DNA of 64,000 nt from Dehalococcoidia bacterium. GTDB lineage: Bacteria > Chloroflexota > Dehalococcoidia > Bin125. Below, one piece after another: positions 60,364 through 64,000 of this stretch. The position numbers were made by a program, and so were the translations under genes. The stretch spans positions 1 through 64,000 of the forward strand of contig CAXXNO010000006.1 in assembly GCA_963663235.2 (NCBI GenBank). Direction: 5' to 3'. Each line of letters opens with the position of its first letter. Positions within the stretch are counted from its first letter, which is position 1. Under the pieces are notes generated by a model. That model did not search any database and had not been told where the DNA came from. It worked only from the letters and a program-made list of their open reading frames with translations.

Positions 60364-61167
60364 TTGATGGCGCGATCGTTGCGGTTGGTGCATACCTCCG
60401 ACATCCACCTGGATGCGTACCGCGGCAGCGGGGAGTCGGTCTGGGAGGAACGGCGCATCCTCATTCGGGAGTCGTTCCAACGGGTCATTGCACTCACGCG
60501 GACGGTGGGCGCCGACGCGTTGCTCGTTGTCGGCGATGTGTTCGACTCCAACCGCGTAGACCACGAGACGGCGGAATGGTTCCTGGATCAGTGCGCAACG
60601 CTCGCGCCGACGCCGGTCATCGCCATCAATGGCAACCACGACGCGCTCGGCGACGGCTCCGTCTATGACCGGCACGACGTACGTCGGGTCGAGAATCTGT
60701 ACTTCCTGCTTGAGCCGGCCGGCTCGCTGTTGGTTCTCGAAGAGTTGGACCTGGTCTGCTGGGGTCGTGGCTATCACGACACCGATTGGGAGTATCGGCC
60801 GCTGGCTGGCTTGCCGGAGCGGATGGATGGGCGCTGGCACGTGGCGCTGGCACACGGGCACCTGTTCTCCGGCCCCAGCGATGCGCACCGCTCAATGCTC
60901 ATCGAACCAGAGGAGATTGCGGCCAGCGGCTGGGACTACATCGCACTGGGCCATTGGGAGCGGCACTATGCCGTCAGCCAGGCACCGGTGGCGGCGGCCT
61001 ACTCGGGCGCGCCTATGCCCCTATCGCTGCGCAGCGAAAGCGGTGGAGGCGTGCTGGTCGTGGATTGCGAGTCGGGGCGGGGAGTGCGCTGGCGACGCAT
61101 ATCGATCGACGGGCGGCCGCAGCCGGCTGAGGGCCCGTCAGATGGTCTGAGCGAAGAGCGGCGCTAG
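60364..61167 (+). CDS. Metallophosphoesterase (SbcD/Mre11-like)
   Basis: HTSDIHL, GDVFD, GNHD, AHG, YIALGHWE, YSG. Confidence 0.85.
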   Translation: MMARSLRLVHTSDIHLDAYRGSGESVWEERRILIRESFQRVIALTRTVGADALLVVGDVFDSNRVDHETAEWFLDQCATLAPTPVIAINGNHDALGDGSVYDRHDVRRVENLYFLLEPAGSLLVLEELDLVCWGRGYHDTDWEYRPLAGLPERMDGRWHVALAHGHLFSGPSDAHRSMLIEPEEIAASGWDYIALGHWERHYAVSQAPVAAAYSGAPMPLSLRSESGGGVLVVDCESGRGVRWRRISIDGRPQPAEGPSDGLSEERR

Positions 61168-61448
61168 GGCGCGATCTCAGCCACCTTGGCTCGCTGGGCG
61201 GCCTTGTCCTCATACCAGAGGGCGTTGATCTCGGTATATGCGGCCCACTCGTCGGGCACGTCATCCTCCGCGAAGATGGCGGTTACGGGACAGGCCGGCT
61301 CGCAGGCACCACAGTCGATGCATTCGTCCGGGTGAATATAGAGAATCCGGTCGTCGTCGCCGTCGAAGTGGATGCAGTCCACCGGGCACACCTCGACGCA
61401 GGACTGGTCCTTGACGTCAATGCAGGGCTCAGTGATGACGTAGGTCAT
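61164..61448 (-). CDS. 7Fe-type ferredoxin
   Basis: MTYVITEPC..KD.SCVEVCPVDCI, CIDCGACEPACP. Confidence 0.93.
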   Translation of the reverse strand: MTYVITEPCIDVKDQSCVEVCPVDCIHFDGDDDRILYIHPDECIDCGACEPACPVTAIFAEDDVPDEWAAYTEINALWYEDKAAQRAKVAEIAP

Positions 61449-61818
61449 TGCCGCGCCTTCCTCCCTCGCTCCCCGTCCGTCCCAGCAGGACCCGGGCGGG
61501 CTTGAGCAGCGTACTCCGTCCCCTCTTATATCGTCTGTCCTGTGCCAAGGCAACCACTGACAGTCGTCCGTGACAGCAGTTATCGGTGAGTGGTGTTTTC
61601 GACCTCGCCCTCTCGTTATCGGATCCAGGCGCGTGAGGCTGGCTGGCGTCGAAGAAGGCCCGGAAACGCCCCCCAGCGCTCTGGGACAGGCTTATACAGG
61701 GCGGCCTGCCCCATGCTCGCGATGCGGTGCTTGAGGCTGGTGCGTAGTCCCTCGCAGCGGCCTGGTGAAGTCTGGACGGCTCGGGCATCTTGACGTACGC
61801 GGGTGTGCGCCGCGCCGG

Positions 61819-64000
61819 CTAGCGTGCGGCCACCCGGCGCGCCGTGGCGCCGCGCCGGCCTTTCTCGCCGTGCCGCCCGTCGCCGCCGGCCGCGCCTCGG
61901 CGTTTGGCCCGCCGGCGGCCGTTGCCCGCGATCGGATCCGGAGGTGTGCCGTGTTCAGCGATCTTGGCGCGCAGGAAGCGACCTGTGTGGCCCTCCGTTT
62001 GAGCCGCGATCTCCTCCGGCGTTCCGGTTGCGACAAGCCGGCCGCCGTGGTCTCCGCCCCCTGGGCCGAGATCGATGATGTAGTCGGCGTTCTTGATCAC
62101 GTCCAGGTGGTGCTCGATCACGACAACCGTGTTGCCGCCGTCGACCAGCGCTTGCAGCACTCTCAGCAGCGCAGCGATGTCGTGGAAGGAGAGGCCCGTA
62201 GTGGGCTCGTCGAGGAGGTAGAGCGTCCGGCCCGTGCTCCGCTTGGAGAGCTCGGTGCTGAGCTTCACGCGCTGGGCCTCGCCGCCGGACAGGGTTGTGG
62301 CCGGCTGTCCCAGCTTGATGTAGCCGAGCCCCACCGCCTGGATGGTGTTCATCTTGCGACGCACGGACGGGATGGCGGCGAAGAACTCCGCCGCCTCGTC
62401 CACCGTCATGTCCAGGACATCGGCGATGGTTTTGCCCTTGTAGTGGATCTCGAGCGCTTCGCGGTTGTAGCGTTTTCCCCGGCAGACCTCACAGGGGACC
62501 GTCACGTCGGGGAGGAACTGCATCTCGATCGTGTTGTAGCCGTCGCCTTGACACGCCTCGCAGCGTCCTCCCTTCACATTGAACGAGAAGCGCCCGGGCT
62601 TGTAGCCGCGCATCCGCGCCTCCGGAACCGACGCGAACAACTCGCGGATGGGTGTGAACGTGCCCGTGTAGGTGGCTGGGTTGGATCGCGGCGTGCGGCC
62701 GATGGGCGACTGGTCGATGTCGATGATTTTATCGATGTGCTCTAAGCCTTCGATCTTGCGCACTTTCCCGGGCCGAACCTTCGCTTGGTGCAAGTATTGC
62801 GCCGTCTTGCGGTACAGGATCTCCTCTACCAGCGTGCTTTTGCCCGAGCCGCTGACGCCGGTGACGCAGATGAACGTAGCCAGGGGAAAGGCGACGTCGA
62901 TGTTGCGCAGGTTGTGCTGTTCAGCGCCGCGCACCCAGATGTTTTGACCGTTGCCGGGCCGACGTGAGGCGGGCAAATCGATCTCTTTGCGCCGGGCGAG
63001 GTATGCGCCTGTGAGCGAAGTGGGGTGAGCGATGATCTCGGTGGGGGTCCCCTCCGCGACCACCTCTCCCCCGTGCTCGCCGGCGCCGGGCCCCATGTCG
63101 ATGAGGTGATCGGCGGCGCGCATCGTCGCTTCGTCGTGCTCGACAATCAGCATCGTGTTGCCGAGGTCGCGCAGTCGCTTGAGCGTGCTGATCAGGCGTG
63201 CGTCGTCCAAGGGGTGGAGGCCGATCGAGGGCTCGTCACAGACGTAGAGCACGCCCATGAGCGATGAGCCAATCTGCGTGGCCAGACGGATCCGCTGCGC
63301 CTCGCCGCCGCTGAGCGATCCGGCCGCGCGATCAAGCGTCAGGTATTCGAGTCCTACGTCGACGAGGAAGGTCACGCGAACGTGGATCTCCTTGAGAATC
63401 TGCTGCGCGATGGTTTGCTCCCGCTCCGTGAGAGGGGCATCGGGCCCGGCCATGCGCTCCGACCAGCGGTGCGCCTCCGCCACCGACTTGCGGGTCACGT
63501 CCACGATGCTCAAGTCGTCTACTCGGACGGCCAGCGACTCCGGCCGCAGGCGTGCGCCCTGGCAATCGGGGCAGGGCACGGCCGCCATGTATCGCTCGAT
63601 CTCGCCGCGTACCCAGTCCGAGTCGGTTTCCTGGTGGCGACGCGTGAGGTTCGCGACCACGCCCTCGTAGGTGGTTTCGTAACGATGGGAGCGCCCGGAC
63701 TGGCTTCGGTAGCGCACCACGATCGGCTCCTCGCTGCCGAAGAGCACCACCTGGAGCGCTTTCTTGGACAACTCTTCGATGGGTGTCCCGGTGTCGAAGC
63801 CGTAGACCTCGCCCACGGCTTCGAGAAGGCGCGCGTACCAAGCGGTGGTGGTGGACGCTCGCGCCCACGGCTCGATGGCCCCGTCGACGATGGACAGCAC
63901 GGGGTTGGGGATGACCAGGCGCGGATCCACCTCCATTTTCACGCCCAGGCCGGTGCACGTCGTGCAGGCACCGTGCGGGCTATTGAAGGAGAAATTCCGG
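61819..64000 (-). CDS. uvrA: Excinuclease ABC subunit A (5' part outside window)
   Basis: LSGGEAQRIRLA, GVSGSGKST, Zn fingers, LSGGEAQRVKL. Confidence 0.97.
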   Translation of the reverse strand, partial: RNFSFNSPHGACTTCTGLGVKMEVDPRLVIPNPVLSIVDGAIEPWARASTTTAWYARLLEAVGEVYGFDTGTPIEELSKKALQVVLFGSEEPIVVRYRSQSGRSHRYETTYEGVVANLTRRHQETDSDWVRGEIERYMAAVPCPDCQGARLRPESLAVRVDDLSIVDVTRKSVAEAHRWSERMAGPDAPLTEREQTIAQQILKEIHVRVTFLVDVGLEYLTLDRAAGSLSGGEAQRIRLATQIGSSLMGVLYVCDEPSIGLHPLDDARLISTLKRLRDLGNTMLIVEHDEATMRAADHLIDMGPGAGEHGGEVVAEGTPTEIIAHPTSLTGAYLARRKEIDLPASRRPGNGQNIWVRGAEQHNLRNIDVAFPLATFICVTGVSGSGKSTLVEEILYRKTAQYLHQAKVRPGKVRKIEGLEHIDKIIDIDQSPIGRTPRSNPATYTGTFTPIRELFASVPEARMRGYKPGRFSFNVKGGRCEACQGDGYNTIEMQFLPDVTVPCEVCRGKRYNREALEIHYKGKTIADVLDMTVDEAAEFFAAIPSVRRKMNTIQAVGLGYIKLGQPATTLSGGEAQRVKLSTELSKRSTGRTLYLLDEPTTGLSFHDIAALLRVLQALVDGGNTVVVIEHHLDVIKNADYIIDLGPGGGDHGGRLVATGTPEEIAAQTEGHTGRFLRAKIAEHGTPPDPIAGNGRRRAKRRGAAGGDGRHGEKGRRGATARRVAAR

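Noticed and set aside
61450-61815. Possible ncRNA/riboswitch between uvrA and the ferredoxin gene
   Set aside because: Only an imperfect hairpin near 61550-61585; no family motif I can support

Overview
High-GC bacterial chromosome segment, most likely Chloroflexota/Dehalococcoidia-like (inferred from 16S features, translin, eukaryote/archaea-type GlyRS, GAAC-N4-GTTC boxes). Bases ~6.7-64 kb are mostly housekeeping: rimM-khpA-rpsP-ffh, gap, eno, xerD, uvrC, a split methylmalonyl-CoA mutase operon, tilS, rpsA, clpC, mreBCD-mrdA-rodA, ligA, hisH/A/F-I, L31/L27/L21, ftsH, rnhB, hppA, glyQS, partial uvrA, and nine tRNAs. The first ~6.65 kb is an accessory island at the 3' end of tRNA-Arg(CCT), built from nested diverged direct repeats. 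It holds two PadR paralogs, each tied to a ~190-bp non-coding element with a LexA-type box. One copy is empty; the other has a secreted-protein gene between duplicated CTCGATC cores. The island also carries two orphan copies of a C-terminal-domain tail around another secreted gene, a TerS-like HTH gene, and a GIY-YIG gene between 33-bp repeats. Unrelated secreted proteins share a ~70-aa C-terminal domain (candidate surface-sorting module). Other oddities: an rRNA unit 16S-Ile-Ala-5S with no 23S, a CxxU (in-frame TGA) FmdB-type ORF, tRNA-Arg(GCG), a HisF-HisI fusion, a frameshifted DarA-like gene, and a frameshift in mreB suggesting residual indel errors. All alignments and counts were done by eye; no database searches were run.
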